NCBI GenBank assembly: GCA_016715075.1
Contig: JADKBK010000006.1
Coordinates: 95,509 to 159,508 of the forward strand
Reading direction: 5' to 3'
From: Bacteroidales bacterium
Lineage (GTDB): Bacteria > Bacteroidota > Bacteroidia > Bacteroidales > VadinHA17
DNA: 64,000 nucleotides
The position numbers were made by a program, and so were the translations under genes. Under the pieces are notes generated by a model. It was not told the origin of the DNA. It did not search any database and saw only the letters and a program-made list of their open reading frames with translations. Numbering within the stretch: the first letter of the stretch is position 1; each line of letters starts with the position of its first letter. This document shows positions 40,524 to 50,052 of this stretch, one piece after another.

Positions 40524-40578
40524 TATTTAACTTTTATATTGTACATTTATATAAAACAGTTCTGTTTTTTTATTTACA

Positions 40579-40669
40579 GGTTCTGGGTTCTGGGTTCTGG
40601 GTTCTGGGTTCTGAGTTCCAGCACCCAGCACCCAGCACCCAGCACCCAGCACCCAGCATCCAGCACCCC
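40579..40669. repeat. intergenic element E: (GGTTCTG)5 - AGTTCCA - (GCACCCA)5 GCATCCA GCACCCC inverted heptamer arms
   Basis: Read from the sequence. Copy number was confirmed from the track translations that cross it (FWVLGSGFWVL..STQHPAPSTQHPA on +; GAGCWVLGAGCWVLGAG..TQNPEPRTQNPEP on -). It ends 3 nt from the uxuB stop. Confidence 0.85.
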
Positions 40670-40672
40670 TTT

Positions 40673-41515
40673 TCACACTCCACTGTATGCACTGAATCCA
40701 CCGTCGACCGGAATCACGACTCCCGTAACGAATTTGGAGAGGTCGGAGATAAGGTATAACAGAGTCCCGCAAAGCTCTTCAGGTGCACAATATCTTTCCA
40801 TCGGGGTTCCCTTGAGTACCTTAAGTCCTCTGGGTGTTGGACCGCCAGTTTTTTCATCAATCAGCAGGAAACGGTTCTGGTTGGTGAGCAGAAATCCCGG
40901 TGCAATGGCATTTACACGTACTCCCGTTTTCGAGAAATGGACAGCAAGCCATTGGGTGAAATTATTAACCGCTGCCTTGGCAGCTGAATATGCGGCAATT
41001 TTTGTGAGCGGCCGGTATGAATTCATGGATGAAATATTTATTATTACCCCTGACTTCTTTCTGACCATATCCGTGGCAAACACCATGGTAGGTATTAATG
41101 TTCCCTTGAAATTGATATCAAAAACCTTCTCGAAGCCTTCTATCTGAAGTCCGAAAAATGTGTCTTCAATATTCTCGTTGTCAGTCCCTTCCATTTTTTC
41201 TACTTTGGTAGTACCGGCAGGCGAATTACCTCCGGCACCGTTAATGAGGATATCGATCGGACCTAATTTGTCATTGATTTCAGTTTTTGCTGCCAGGAGA
41301 GATGCTTTATCAAGGACATTTGCCGACAAACCTATTGAATGTATTCCGAATTCCTTTTTAATTTCTCCGGCTACTTTATCGGCTGCCTCCCTGTTCAGGT
41401 CAAGAATGGCGCATTTGACTCCCTGATCAGCGAGCGCTTTCGCCATGACGGAACAAATTACACCACCGCCACCGGTTATAACCGCAACTTTGTCCCTTAA
41501 GTTAAACTCATTCAT
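40673..41515 (-). CDS. uxuB: SDR-family D-mannonate/fructuronate oxidoreductase (in the current sequence fused in frame to uxaC)
   Basis: C-terminal ~280 aa of the 781-aa ORF. It begins at the internal MNEFNLRDKVAVITGGGGVIC (ATG 41515-41513) and has YSAAK as the catalytic motif. Confidence 0.7.
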   Translation of the reverse strand: MNEFNLRDKVAVITGGGGVICSVMAKALADQGVKCAILDLNREAADKVAGEIKKEFGIHSIGLSANVLDKASLLAAKTEINDKLGPIDILINGAGGNSPAGTTKVEKMEGTDNENIEDTFFGLQIEGFEKVFDINFKGTLIPTMVFATDMVRKKSGVIINISSMNSYRPLTKIAAYSAAKAAVNNFTQWLAVHFSKTGVRVNAIAPGFLLTNQNRFLLIDEKTGGPTPRGLKVLKGTPMERYCAPEELCGTLLYLISDLSKFVTGVVIPVDGGFSAYSGV

Positions 41516-42928
41516 TTCAGTTTGTTTTTTTATAAAGTTAAAATAGTTCTTTGCATTTGTATAGGATATGCCTTCTATCAAAGGCTTCAGTAACTCCTCT
41601 TCATCCGGAATAAGTCCTTTCTCAACCTGGTCTCCAATAAAATTGCAGACCAAACGTCTGAAATATTCATGGCGTGGATAGGAGAGAAAACTTCTTGAAT
41701 CAGTCACCATTCCGACGAACCTTCTCAGCAGGCCCAGTGATGTCAGATCTCTGAGGTGTTTTTCCATGCCATGCATCTGATCAAGAAACCACCATGCAGC
41801 ACCATACTGAACCTTCATGGGATAGCTTCCGTCATTGAAATTGCCCGCCATTGTGATCATCATCTCGTTATCTGAAGGATTGAGATTATAGAGGATAGTC
41901 CTTGAAAGCTGATCGGTATTGTCGAGCGCATCCAGAAATTTGGACATCTTAAAGGCATCCTGTGATACTCCTATAGAATCCCAGCCGGTATCAGCACCCA
42001 TCTGCCTGAATTTTCTTGAATTGTTATTTCTAAGAGCTCCGACATGAAATTGTTGCGTCCAGCCCTTTTCATGATTCATTTTGCAGAGCTCGATCATAAT
42101 GGCTGACCGGTACTTCTCAGTCTCTTCTGATGATAAGGTATTTCCCCTGAGAAGCTTCTTGAAAATAGCATTCACCTCCGAAGGCGTGCATTCAGAATAA
42201 TAGAAGCGGTCCATACCATGATCAGATAGCCGGCATCCTGCTTCATGAAAGAATGAATGTCTTCTGTGAAGTGCTTCAATAAGGTTGTAAAATGTCCTTA
42301 TGCCTGAACCACTAGAGTGTGCAAGATGCTGAACATATTTTTTGAATTTTTCCGGATCATCAGTTTTGAGGACATTATCCGGCCTGAAGGTGGGCAGTAC
42401 TGTCGTCTCGAAAGTTTTTTTAAGCTTAATGTGATGTTCAAGTGAATCTGCCGGATCATCAGTGGTGCAGATGATCTCTGCATTCATTTTTCTTATCATT
42501 GATCTGGTAGTGAACTCCTTTGTCCTGAGCATGGCTGATGCTTTTTCATATATCCCTTCAGCAGAAGAGGGTGAGAGGAGTTCATAAATATCGAAATACC
42601 TTGCCAGCTCAAGATGTGTCCAGTGATATAGCGGATTTCCCACAGTTGCCGGGACTGTCTCAGCCCATTTCCGGAACTTCTCAATGTCAGAAGCATTTCC
42701 AGTGCAGTATCTTTCGGTTACTCCATTGCCCCGCATTGCCCTCCATTTATAGTGATCACCTTCAAGCCACGCCTGCGAAAGATTGCTGAAATGACGATCA
42801 TCAGCGATCATGGCAGGGGAGAGATGACAGTGAAAATCTATTATAGGTTGATTTTCAGCATATTTATGATAAAGCTTTCCGGCAGTTTTATTCCCAAGCA
42901 GAAAATTCTCATTAATAAATGACTTCAT
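41516..42928 (-). CDS. uxaC: glucuronate isomerase (no stop codon before uxuB in this sequence)
   Basis: The likely start is MKSFINENFLLGNKTAGKLYHKYAENQPIIDFHCHLSP at 42928; the track ORF starts 30 codons upstream at a non-ATG codon. The body ends ..NAKNYFNF, followed by the linker IKKQTE. Confidence 0.8.
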
Positions 42929-43165
42929 ATCTTCCAGAGGATTGTAAAAATATTTAAATTTGAAGATTATTGTTTCGTTAACGATCACGAAATTATGAAA
43001 TTCAATCCAATTATTCAAGAAATATGTGAAATGTCATTAATAATAGCGTTTCAGTTTTTCAGAGTTAGAATGATTATAGCATAGAATTATTATAAAATTT
43101 AACTATAGGTTTATTCCTGAACCATTATTCAGTTTTCATTTGACATCAATTTTAAAACGAAATCC

Positions 43166-44314
43166 ATGAAAAATCCAAAACCCATTCTTCTGTTTTTACT
43201 CATTCTGACATTTTTTTCATCATGTTCCAATAATAAGCCAGTAGCTTCTTTCAGGGACGATCTCACAGTCAGTGACGTTAAAAATGTTCTGAAAGCAATT
43301 GCAGACTGGCAGATCAAAACACCCCTTACCCATCATACGGCTGACTGGACAAATGCAGCTCTGTATGCAGGAATGGTGCAGTGGGCCGGAATAGCAGGTG
43401 ATGATACTTATTATGAATGGCTGAAAGGTAAAGCTGAGCTGAATGCATGGTCAGATAAAAAACCTGATACTCCGCTTGGCAGATATCATGCAGATGATTA
43501 TTGTGTTGGCCAGACCTACATAGAACTTTACAGAAAGTATAAGGATATTAAAATGATTGAACCGGTGAGAGCACATCTGGATAGTATTCTCCAGGATCCG
43601 GCAACCGGCTCACTTGAGTTTACATATACAGACACCTATTGGCCAACTGAGCGCTGGGCCTGGTGTGATGCTCTTTTCATGGGACCGACAGTTTGGACTA
43701 AAATGGCTAATGTGACAGGAGAGAAGAAATACCTCGACTTTATGTTCCAGGAATTCCAGTTAACGACTGATTATCTTTATGATAAGGAGGAATATCTATA
43801 TTACAGGGATTCCAGATATTTCACTATGAAGGAAGCTAATGGAAAAAAAGTCTTCTGGGGACGCGGCAACGGATGGGTATTTGCCGGCCTTCCTGTGATA
43901 TTAACTGAGCTACCGGCAGGATATGAAAATAAAGAATATTTTGTGAAAATTTATAAAGATATGGCTGCAAAGATTCTCTCACTTCAGTCAGCTGATGGTT
44001 TCTGGCATGCAAGTTTGCTGGATCCTGCCAGTTATCCCAATCCGGAGATGAGCGCCACTGCATTTTTTGTCTATGGCTTTGCCTGGGGCATTAATAATGG
44101 TTACCTTGATAAGGAAACTTATCTGCCTGCTATAATTAAAGGATGGAAATCAATGGTTACTAATGTGGGACCGGATGGAAAAGTGGGCTTCATACAGCCA
44201 ATTGGAGCAGATCCCAAAGCCGTCACAAAAGATATGACTGAAGTTTATGGTGTCGGAGGATTTCTCATGGCCGGGACAGAAATCACAAAGCTTATAAATA
44301 ACGGGATATTGTAA
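43166..44314 (+). CDS. unsaturated uronyl hydrolase, GH105/GH88 fold (lipoprotein)
   Basis: 382 aa with the lipobox FFSSCS and WAWCDALFMGP, (alpha/alpha)6-type motifs, next to kduI-kduD. Confidence 0.7.
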   Translation: MKNPKPILLFLLILTFFSSCSNNKPVASFRDDLTVSDVKNVLKAIADWQIKTPLTHHTADWTNAALYAGMVQWAGIAGDDTYYEWLKGKAELNAWSDKKPDTPLGRYHADDYCVGQTYIELYRKYKDIKMIEPVRAHLDSILQDPATGSLEFTYTDTYWPTERWAWCDALFMGPTVWTKMANVTGEKKYLDFMFQEFQLTTDYLYDKEEYLYYRDSRYFTMKEANGKKVFWGRGNGWVFAGLPVILTELPAGYENKEYFVKIYKDMAAKILSLQSADGFWHASLLDPASYPNPEMSATAFFVYGFAWGINNGYLDKETYLPAIIKGWKSMVTNVGPDGKVGFIQPIGADPKAVTKDMTEVYGVGGFLMAGTEITKLINNGIL

Positions 44315-44365
44315 GAGGGAGGCCTCAGACTCCACACGAAAGTTTAAATCAAATTCCGAATTATT

Positions 44366-45202
44366 ATGAAAACAGAACTAAGATATGCATCACATCCGGA
44401 TGATGTTAAAAGCTATGATACAGGAAAGCTCAGGGATCAGTTTCTTATTGAAAATGTCTTTATACCTGATGATATTTCACTTGTTTACTCACTTTATGAC
44501 CGCTACATGGTAGGAGGGGCAATGCCTGTGACCAGGGAGCTGGCGCTTGAAACTTCAGAGCTGCTTAAATCAGAACAGTTTCTTGACCGCAGGGAGATGG
44601 GAATTATCAATATTGGAGGCGATGCCGAGGTTAAGGCAGGTGATCTGCTATATAAAATCGGGTTCAAAGAGGCACTTTATCTTGGAATGGGGACAAGGAA
44701 CGTTGTTTTCAGATCTGCCGATCCTGCTAATCCGGCCCGTCTGTATATTAACTCAGCGCCAGCACATCATGCTTACCCTTCACGAAAGATCACCAGGGCT
44801 GACGCTGAGATAGTAGTGCTTGGAAATCCTGAATCCTCAAATCATCGTACTCTTAATAAATTATTGGTAAACAGTATTGTACCCACCTGTCAGCTTCAGA
44901 TGGGGATGACAGAACTAAGGACGGGCAGTGTTTGGAATACAATGCCGGTTCATACACATAACAGACGGATGGAGGCGTACTTCTATTTTGAAGTCCCGGA
45001 GCACCAGGCTATATGTCATTTCATGGGAAATCCAGATGAGACAAGGCATATCTGGATGAAGAATGAACAAGCAGTCCTCTCGCCTTCATGGAGTATACAC
45101 AGCGCCGCGGGAACGTCGAATTATACCTTTATCTGGGGAATGGCAGGAGAGAACCTCGACTACGGGGACATGGATGTGCGGTACCCGGATACACTGAAAT
45201 AG
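44366..45202 (+). CDS. kduI: 5-dehydro-4-deoxy-D-glucuronate isomerase
   Basis: 278 aa, with N-terminus MKTELRYASHPDDVKSYDTGKLRDQFLIENVF and a cupin His cluster. Confidence 0.9.
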   Translation: MKTELRYASHPDDVKSYDTGKLRDQFLIENVFIPDDISLVYSLYDRYMVGGAMPVTRELALETSELLKSEQFLDRREMGIINIGGDAEVKAGDLLYKIGFKEALYLGMGTRNVVFRSADPANPARLYINSAPAHHAYPSRKITRADAEIVVLGNPESSNHRTLNKLLVNSIVPTCQLQMGMTELRTGSVWNTMPVHTHNRRMEAYFYFEVPEHQAICHFMGNPDETRHIWMKNEQAVLSPSWSIHSAAGTSNYTFIWGMAGENLDYGDMDVRYPDTLK

Positions 45203-45219
45203 GCCAGTCTATGTGACTT

Positions 45220-45311
45220 GCACCCCCCCCCGGCCCCCCCCGGAGGGAGGGGGTAAATCAGTGTTATTACCAGATTTTTACCCCCCACTCAGGGGGGGCC
45301 GGGGGGGTAAG
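45220..45311. repeat. intergenic element F: palindrome of two inverted poly-C/poly-G core modules
   Basis: Left arm GCAC9GGC8GGAGGGAGGGGGTAAATC, loop AGTGTTATTACCA, right arm GATTTTTACCCCCCACTCAGGGGGGGCCGGGGGGGTAAG. It lies between kduI and kduD. Confidence 0.8.
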
Positions 45312-45355
45312 AAATAGCAACAAAACATTTGAATTACACATAAACATTTCTATAT

Positions 45356-46150
45356 ATGACTGATTTATTTGATCTTACAGGTAAGGTAGCTCTGGTTACC
45401 GGAGGTACTCATGGCATAGGTCTTGCTACGGGTATCCTGCTTGCAAAGGCCGGAGCAAAAGTGTGTGTTAACGACCTGAATGAGGTGAAACTCCAGGCAT
45501 GCAGGGAGAACTACAAAAAGGCAGGACTTGATGTCTTTGTTCTCAGATTTGATGTCACTGACGAGGCTGATGTTGACAGGGGAATTGGCATAATTGAGAA
45601 GAGCGTCGGATCAGTCGATATACTGGTGAATAATGCCGGAATAATAAAGAGGATCCCCATACTTGAGATGGCAATATCTGACTATAAGCAGGTTATTGAG
45701 GTAGACCTGGTCGCACCCCTGATAGTCTCGAGGAGAGTAGTCCCGAAAATGATTGAAAAAAGGAGCGGGAAAATCATAAATATGTGTTCAATGATGAGCG
45801 TATACGGTCGAAATACGGTCTCCGCTTATGCTTCTGCCAAAGGCGGTTTAAAATTACTTACTCAGAGTATGACATGCGAGTGGGCAAAATATAATATTCA
45901 GATAAACGGCATAGGACCAGGCTATATTGCAACCGCGCAGACCGCACCGATACGGGAGAACGGTCATCCTTTCAATGATCTGGTTATGACCCGAACGCCT
46001 GCAGGGCGGTGGGGCGAACCGGAAGATGTGGCAAATGCAGCCCTGTTTCTTGCATCAAAAGCCAGTAATTTCGTAAATGGTCATATCCTTTTTGTGGACG
46101 GAGGGATCCTTGCTAACTTCGGATATGTTAAGGGGGAGAATGATCTCTGA
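45356..46150 (+). CDS. kduD: 2-dehydro-3-deoxy-D-gluconate 5-dehydrogenase / gluconate 5-dehydrogenase-type SDR
   Basis: 264 aa with TGGTHGIGLA, NNAG and YASAK, downstream of kduI. Confidence 0.8.
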   Translation: MTDLFDLTGKVALVTGGTHGIGLATGILLAKAGAKVCVNDLNEVKLQACRENYKKAGLDVFVLRFDVTDEADVDRGIGIIEKSVGSVDILVNNAGIIKRIPILEMAISDYKQVIEVDLVAPLIVSRRVVPKMIEKRSGKIINMCSMMSVYGRNTVSAYASAKGGLKLLTQSMTCEWAKYNIQINGIGPGYIATAQTAPIRENGHPFNDLVMTRTPAGRWGEPEDVANAALFLASKASNFVNGHILFVDGGILANFGYVKGENDL

Positions 46151-46228
46151 TCTCCAATCTCTAATCTGAGGTCAGAGTATTAAGAAATTTATTGCTAATG
46201 TTAAAAGTCAGCCCGAAGCCAATGACTT

Positions 46229-47155
46229 TTAACCTTTATTGTCCGGATTATCAGGATGATCATCTGAATAGGGCTTTGCATAAAGATCCTCAACTCTCAC
46301 CCTGTCTTTCTCAGGTTCAATGATAGTGACCACCTCACTCATCTCCTCCCTGGCTCTCGCATTGAAATAAAGAATGCAGGAAAAGAGCGGTATTAGAGGA
46401 AGTGTAAGGGCCCCGACAAGAGCAGACAGTATAATAAAAAGAGGATTCTGCGTCATATTGACAAGATCAGTGGTCTCTCCGGGGTTCGCAATTGTCTTGA
46501 TGAAGCTGCCCGTAAACGGCAGAAGGATAATACCCGAAAAGATTAATGTTAAAACAACTAAAATTATAAGAAATACAGCAACCCAACCAATGTTTGACCA
46601 GAAGTTCCTGTGCGAAAGTTTGATTGTCCTTGTAATAGTATCTGCTATATTGGCTTCCTCAGCCATCATAACAGGAAGAATAAAAAGGTAAAGGGTCATC
46701 ACATACAGAATTGAAAAAAAGACACCAACCACGAGAAGCAATATACCCAGAATAATAGCCACTGAGGCAGCAATCGCCAGCAGAATCATTACAATAAGAT
46801 AGGGTACAAAATATTTCATCGATTTCAGTACTGCAACTAAAATATTATTCTCGCTGCTGAGTGGGTTATATAGAATATAATACTGCAAAACGACACTAAA
46901 CAGAAGATTTATCAGGGAAATGATCAATACAGGAACCATCATCTCTTTCATTTTTCCCAGCATTAACATCGGATCTGTTATTGTGGAAAGTTCCTGAATA
47001 TTGACGTATGTGGAGATATACTGAAGCGCCAGCGACATTACGAAGGAGATCAGAAAAAGAGGAATAAACCTTTTCTTGTAAAAGTCCCACAATGAACTCA
47101 TTGCGGTATCTATATTGTGTTGCATATAAAGAGGGTGATTCCTGAACTGGTCCAT
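46229..47155 (-). CDS. polytopic membrane protein, unknown function
   Basis: 308-aa ORF with about 6 hydrophobic segments. I do not recognise a family. Confidence 0.4.
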   Translation of the reverse strand: MDQFRNHPLYMQHNIDTAMSSLWDFYKKRFIPLFLISFVMSLALQYISTYVNIQELSTITDPMLMLGKMKEMMVPVLIISLINLLFSVVLQYYILYNPLSSENNILVAVLKSMKYFVPYLIVMILLAIAASVAIILGILLLVVGVFFSILYVMTLYLFILPVMMAEEANIADTITRTIKLSHRNFWSNIGWVAVFLIILVVLTLIFSGIILLPFTGSFIKTIANPGETTDLVNMTQNPLFIILSALVGALTLPLIPLFSCILYFNARAREEMSEVVTIIEPEKDRVRVEDLYAKPYSDDHPDNPDNKG

Positions 47156-47417
47156 GGCACTTATTTTTTTCCAAATCTACTAATTATCTTTAAATTTATT
47201 TATTTAATTGCCAGTATCCCTTCTTTTAATGAATTTTAAAAGCTCACCCTGGACGCCGGTCAGAGTATATATAAATCTGTCTCGCTGATAATATTCAGCC
47301 AACTTAATATTATAAATTAAACTTTTTTCAAATTTTCTTGTTAATTAGTTGATTCATATGTTTTGGCGCATCTATAATAATAATTTTACAAATAATTAAT
47401 ACTAAAAAAATCACAAA

Positions 47418-48482
47418 ATGGGACTTAGAAAAATGATTATTCCTGTAGTACTGGCCGTTATTATTGGCCTTGGTCTATCGTCATGTAGCAGTAATTCAGA
47501 AAAAAAAGGTGGGCAAACCGGTGTGGAGTATTACAGATCTCTGCAGTTCAGCGAGACACCATATGATATTGAGAAAGGTACTCATCCTCTTACTGCAGAG
47601 CAGGCTGCTGCCGTAAATAATTACAAGTTTACTTATGACAATACAGGACGGCTTCTTTCAGTAGAATTCGGACGCAATAATGTTCTCCTAGACTATTCAT
47701 CATTGGGGGGGGCTGCAAAAATCACCTATGAGTATGCGGATAACAAGCAGCTTAAAAAGTATTTTAACAAGAATAATGAGCAGATTGAGTCGTCGGGAGT
47801 ATATACAGCCGAGTATACTCTTGATGATAAAGGTATCAGAAGCTCACTTAAATTCCTTAATAAAGAAGGAGCACCTGTTGAAAACAGGAATAAGATTCAT
47901 TTATACAACTGGAATATCCTGGCAGACGGAATGGTAAGGGAGCTCAGATATAATCTGGCTAATGAGGAGGTTGTGATGAATCCCTTCTGTCCCTTCTTTG
48001 AACTCAGATTCAGCTATAATGACAAAGGGTATATGACAAGGATGGCGAACTATAAGGCCGATACACTCTATAACTGTACAGCTGAAAACTGCGGTGATAT
48101 AGGTGTTTCTTATTTCACCTTCTCACCTAATGAAAATGGTGATGTCGAACAGTTTTCCGTATTCAATGTATTCGGACAGATGTCAAATCTCTACTGGGGC
48201 TGGTCAAAGCGCGTAACAAAAGTTGATGAAAATGGCTATTCCCTTGAAACAGAGGTTTATGATCAGGATAATGAATTTGTCACAGGAAAGCTTATTCCTG
48301 TTGAGCAGAATAAATATGATGAACACGGAGCTTTGATTGAGAGCAGAAATATGGATAAAAGCAGGAATCTGATCAACGATCCGGAGAGTGGCATTGCAAT
48401 TACTGAGTATAAATATGATGATCAGGGCAACCGTACAGAGACACTTACCTTTGACAAGGACAGGGTTCCTGTAAAAATTTAA
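47418..48482 (+). CDS. lipoprotein with YD/RHS-like short repeats
   Basis: 354 aa with the lipobox GLSSCS. Recurring Y-x-Y-D-x-x-G segments: FTYDNTGRL, YTLDDKGIR, FSYNDKGYM, YKYDDQGNR. Confidence 0.4.
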   Translation: MGLRKMIIPVVLAVIIGLGLSSCSSNSEKKGGQTGVEYYRSLQFSETPYDIEKGTHPLTAEQAAAVNNYKFTYDNTGRLLSVEFGRNNVLLDYSSLGGAAKITYEYADNKQLKKYFNKNNEQIESSGVYTAEYTLDDKGIRSSLKFLNKEGAPVENRNKIHLYNWNILADGMVRELRYNLANEEVVMNPFCPFFELRFSYNDKGYMTRMANYKADTLYNCTAENCGDIGVSYFTFSPNENGDVEQFSVFNVFGQMSNLYWGWSKRVTKVDENGYSLETEVYDQDNEFVTGKLIPVEQNKYDEHGALIESRNMDKSRNLINDPESGIAITEYKYDDQGNRTETLTFDKDRVPVKI

Positions 48483-48494
48483 CAGTTCTCTGAT

Positions 48495-49541
48495 ATGAAT
48501 ATTAGATATACACAGGTAGTTGCTGCAATTAGTTTATTAATAACTTTTATTGCGGGGTGCAGCGGTAATAATACTGCCATTAAGCCGGCAGCCGAGGCTC
48601 TTCCTGCTGAAAAAGTAACAGCTGCTCCTGTAATTGGAAATGAAACAGCTTTGCTGCTTAAGGATCTGATCGACAATGGCGATTACGTCAATAGTCAGGT
48701 TTTTCCTTCACTCATAAAGGCTTCAATAGTTCATGAAAATATTGGAAAGAATATTCTGGTAGTAGACCTGAGACCGGATGACCAATATTCTGCCGGACAT
48801 ATTAAAGGTGCCGTAAATAAACGATTTGAAGATCTGCCGGGCTATTTTGAAACGGGTATAAAGCCGTTTGAGTACGACAAGATAATAATGGTTTGTGCTG
48901 ACGGACAGCTTTCAAGCTATACGACCTGCCTGTTAAGGCTTATGGGCTATGGTAATGTATATGCAATGAGATGGGGAATGAGTGCATGGAACAAGAGCCT
49001 GGCACAAACGGCATGGCTGAAAGGTGTTTCTGGGAAATATGAAGCTAATCTTGAAACCATAGTGAATGAGAAGCCCATTGCAGGTACCATGCCCGACCTG
49101 GCTACAGGAAAGAGTACCGGAGAAGATATCGGAGCTGCAAGATTTAATAAACTTTTTGAAGCAGGGACCGGAGATATTATGATTTCAGCTGATGAAGTAT
49201 TTTCCCATCCTCAGAATTACTACATCATCAATCTCGAGAGAAAAGACAAATATGAAGACGGGCACATTCCCGGTGCAATACGGTATAAACCTGAAGCAAC
49301 TCTTGGATTTGCTGAAGAGATGGCTACTATTCCATCAGACAAACCAATAGTTGTTTATTGTGGTACCGGACATAATTCCGGATTCGCAACAGCCTTTTTC
49401 AGACTATTCGGATATGATGCCAGAACCTTAAAATATGGTAACAACAGCTTTATGTTCGATAAGATGTCTAAAGAGAGAGTGAGCCTGTCATGGCTTCCCT
49501 TCGGTGAGGCTGATATTAATAATTTTGAGACTGTAAAATAA
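48495..49541 (+). CDS. lipoprotein with two catalytic rhodanese domains
   Basis: 348 aa with the lipobox FIAGCSG. The active-site loops are CADGQLS and CGTGHNS. Confidence 0.7.
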   Translation: MNIRYTQVVAAISLLITFIAGCSGNNTAIKPAAEALPAEKVTAAPVIGNETALLLKDLIDNGDYVNSQVFPSLIKASIVHENIGKNILVVDLRPDDQYSAGHIKGAVNKRFEDLPGYFETGIKPFEYDKIIMVCADGQLSSYTTCLLRLMGYGNVYAMRWGMSAWNKSLAQTAWLKGVSGKYEANLETIVNEKPIAGTMPDLATGKSTGEDIGAARFNKLFEAGTGDIMISADEVFSHPQNYYIINLERKDKYEDGHIPGAIRYKPEATLGFAEEMATIPSDKPIVVYCGTGHNSGFATAFFRLFGYDARTLKYGNNSFMFDKMSKERVSLSWLPFGEADINNFETVK

Positions 49542-49563
49542 ACGTTCTCTTTAAATTAAAATT

Positions 49564-50031
49564 TCAGAATTCCGGTTTGGTCACTGTATCAGGCCGGAAT
49601 TCGCTATTAAAAGCTTCATTGTAGTCATTGCCAGTGAGGATATACAGATTTCTGCAACCAGTCTGACTTATCACCATCCAGATCCTGGCTGAAAGCGAAG
49701 GATCGGCTGAAGAAATGACAATAGCTCCCTTATGATTTTTAAGAATATCAAGATACTTTCTTTCCAGAAGTGAGTCAGGTGAAATATTTATTTCATCAAC
49801 TGAAGTACCTGCCAATCCTGTATTGCTTTTTTCAAGATTCACTATGAGCTTTTGCCCAGGCAGGCTTACAATTTCTGCAGGGCTTACTAAGTTAGCTCCA
49901 CCGAATGAAGGTTCAGCCCATTTCCTTGCATCATATTTAAAGCTTCCGGGGGTAAGTATTCTTGCGGCCAGAAGCATCAAAACCGGTATGGTTATAATGA
50001 GAATTATTCTGTATCTTTTAATCAGGTTCAT
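49564..50031 (-). CDS. membrane-anchored rhodanese-homology domain protein lacking the catalytic Cys
   Basis: 155 aa with an N-terminal TM segment. The loop reads ISSADPSLSAR, with Ser where the Cys is expected. Confidence 0.5.
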   Translation of the reverse strand: MNLIKRYRIILIITIPVLMLLAARILTPGSFKYDARKWAEPSFGGANLVSPAEIVSLPGQKLIVNLEKSNTGLAGTSVDEINISPDSLLERKYLDILKNHKGAIVISSADPSLSARIWMVISQTGCRNLYILTGNDYNEAFNSEFRPDTVTKPEF

Positions 50032-50052
50032 CAGTATGTGGTATTTGTCCTT

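Noticed and set aside
40386-41147. 253-aa plus-strand ORF with striking STQHPAPSTQHPA and FWVLGSGFWVL repeats.
   Set aside because: The repeats are simply the translation of the heptamer arrays of element E. The rest of the ORF is antisense to the well-supported uxuB SDR. The same applies to the 81-aa minus-strand ORF at 40527-40772.
42929-43018. N-terminal extensions in track ORFs: uxaC to 43018, truA to 52018, YeeE to 51401, the HYC_CC_PP-like gene to 14102, and possibly cysH to 17274.
   Set aside because: The extensions begin at non-ATG codons, are not conserved-looking, and overlap promoters (a TACCTTTG box lies inside the truA extension) or the upstream gene. Internal ATG starts give family-typical N-termini.
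46203-46230. Hairpin AAAAGTCA-N12-TGACTTTT between convergent kduD and the membrane-protein gene, considered as a bidirectional terminator.
   Set aside because: The stem is only 8 AT-rich base pairs with a 12-nt loop and no clean U-tract, and it overlaps the stop codon of the minus-strand gene. That is too weak to call.
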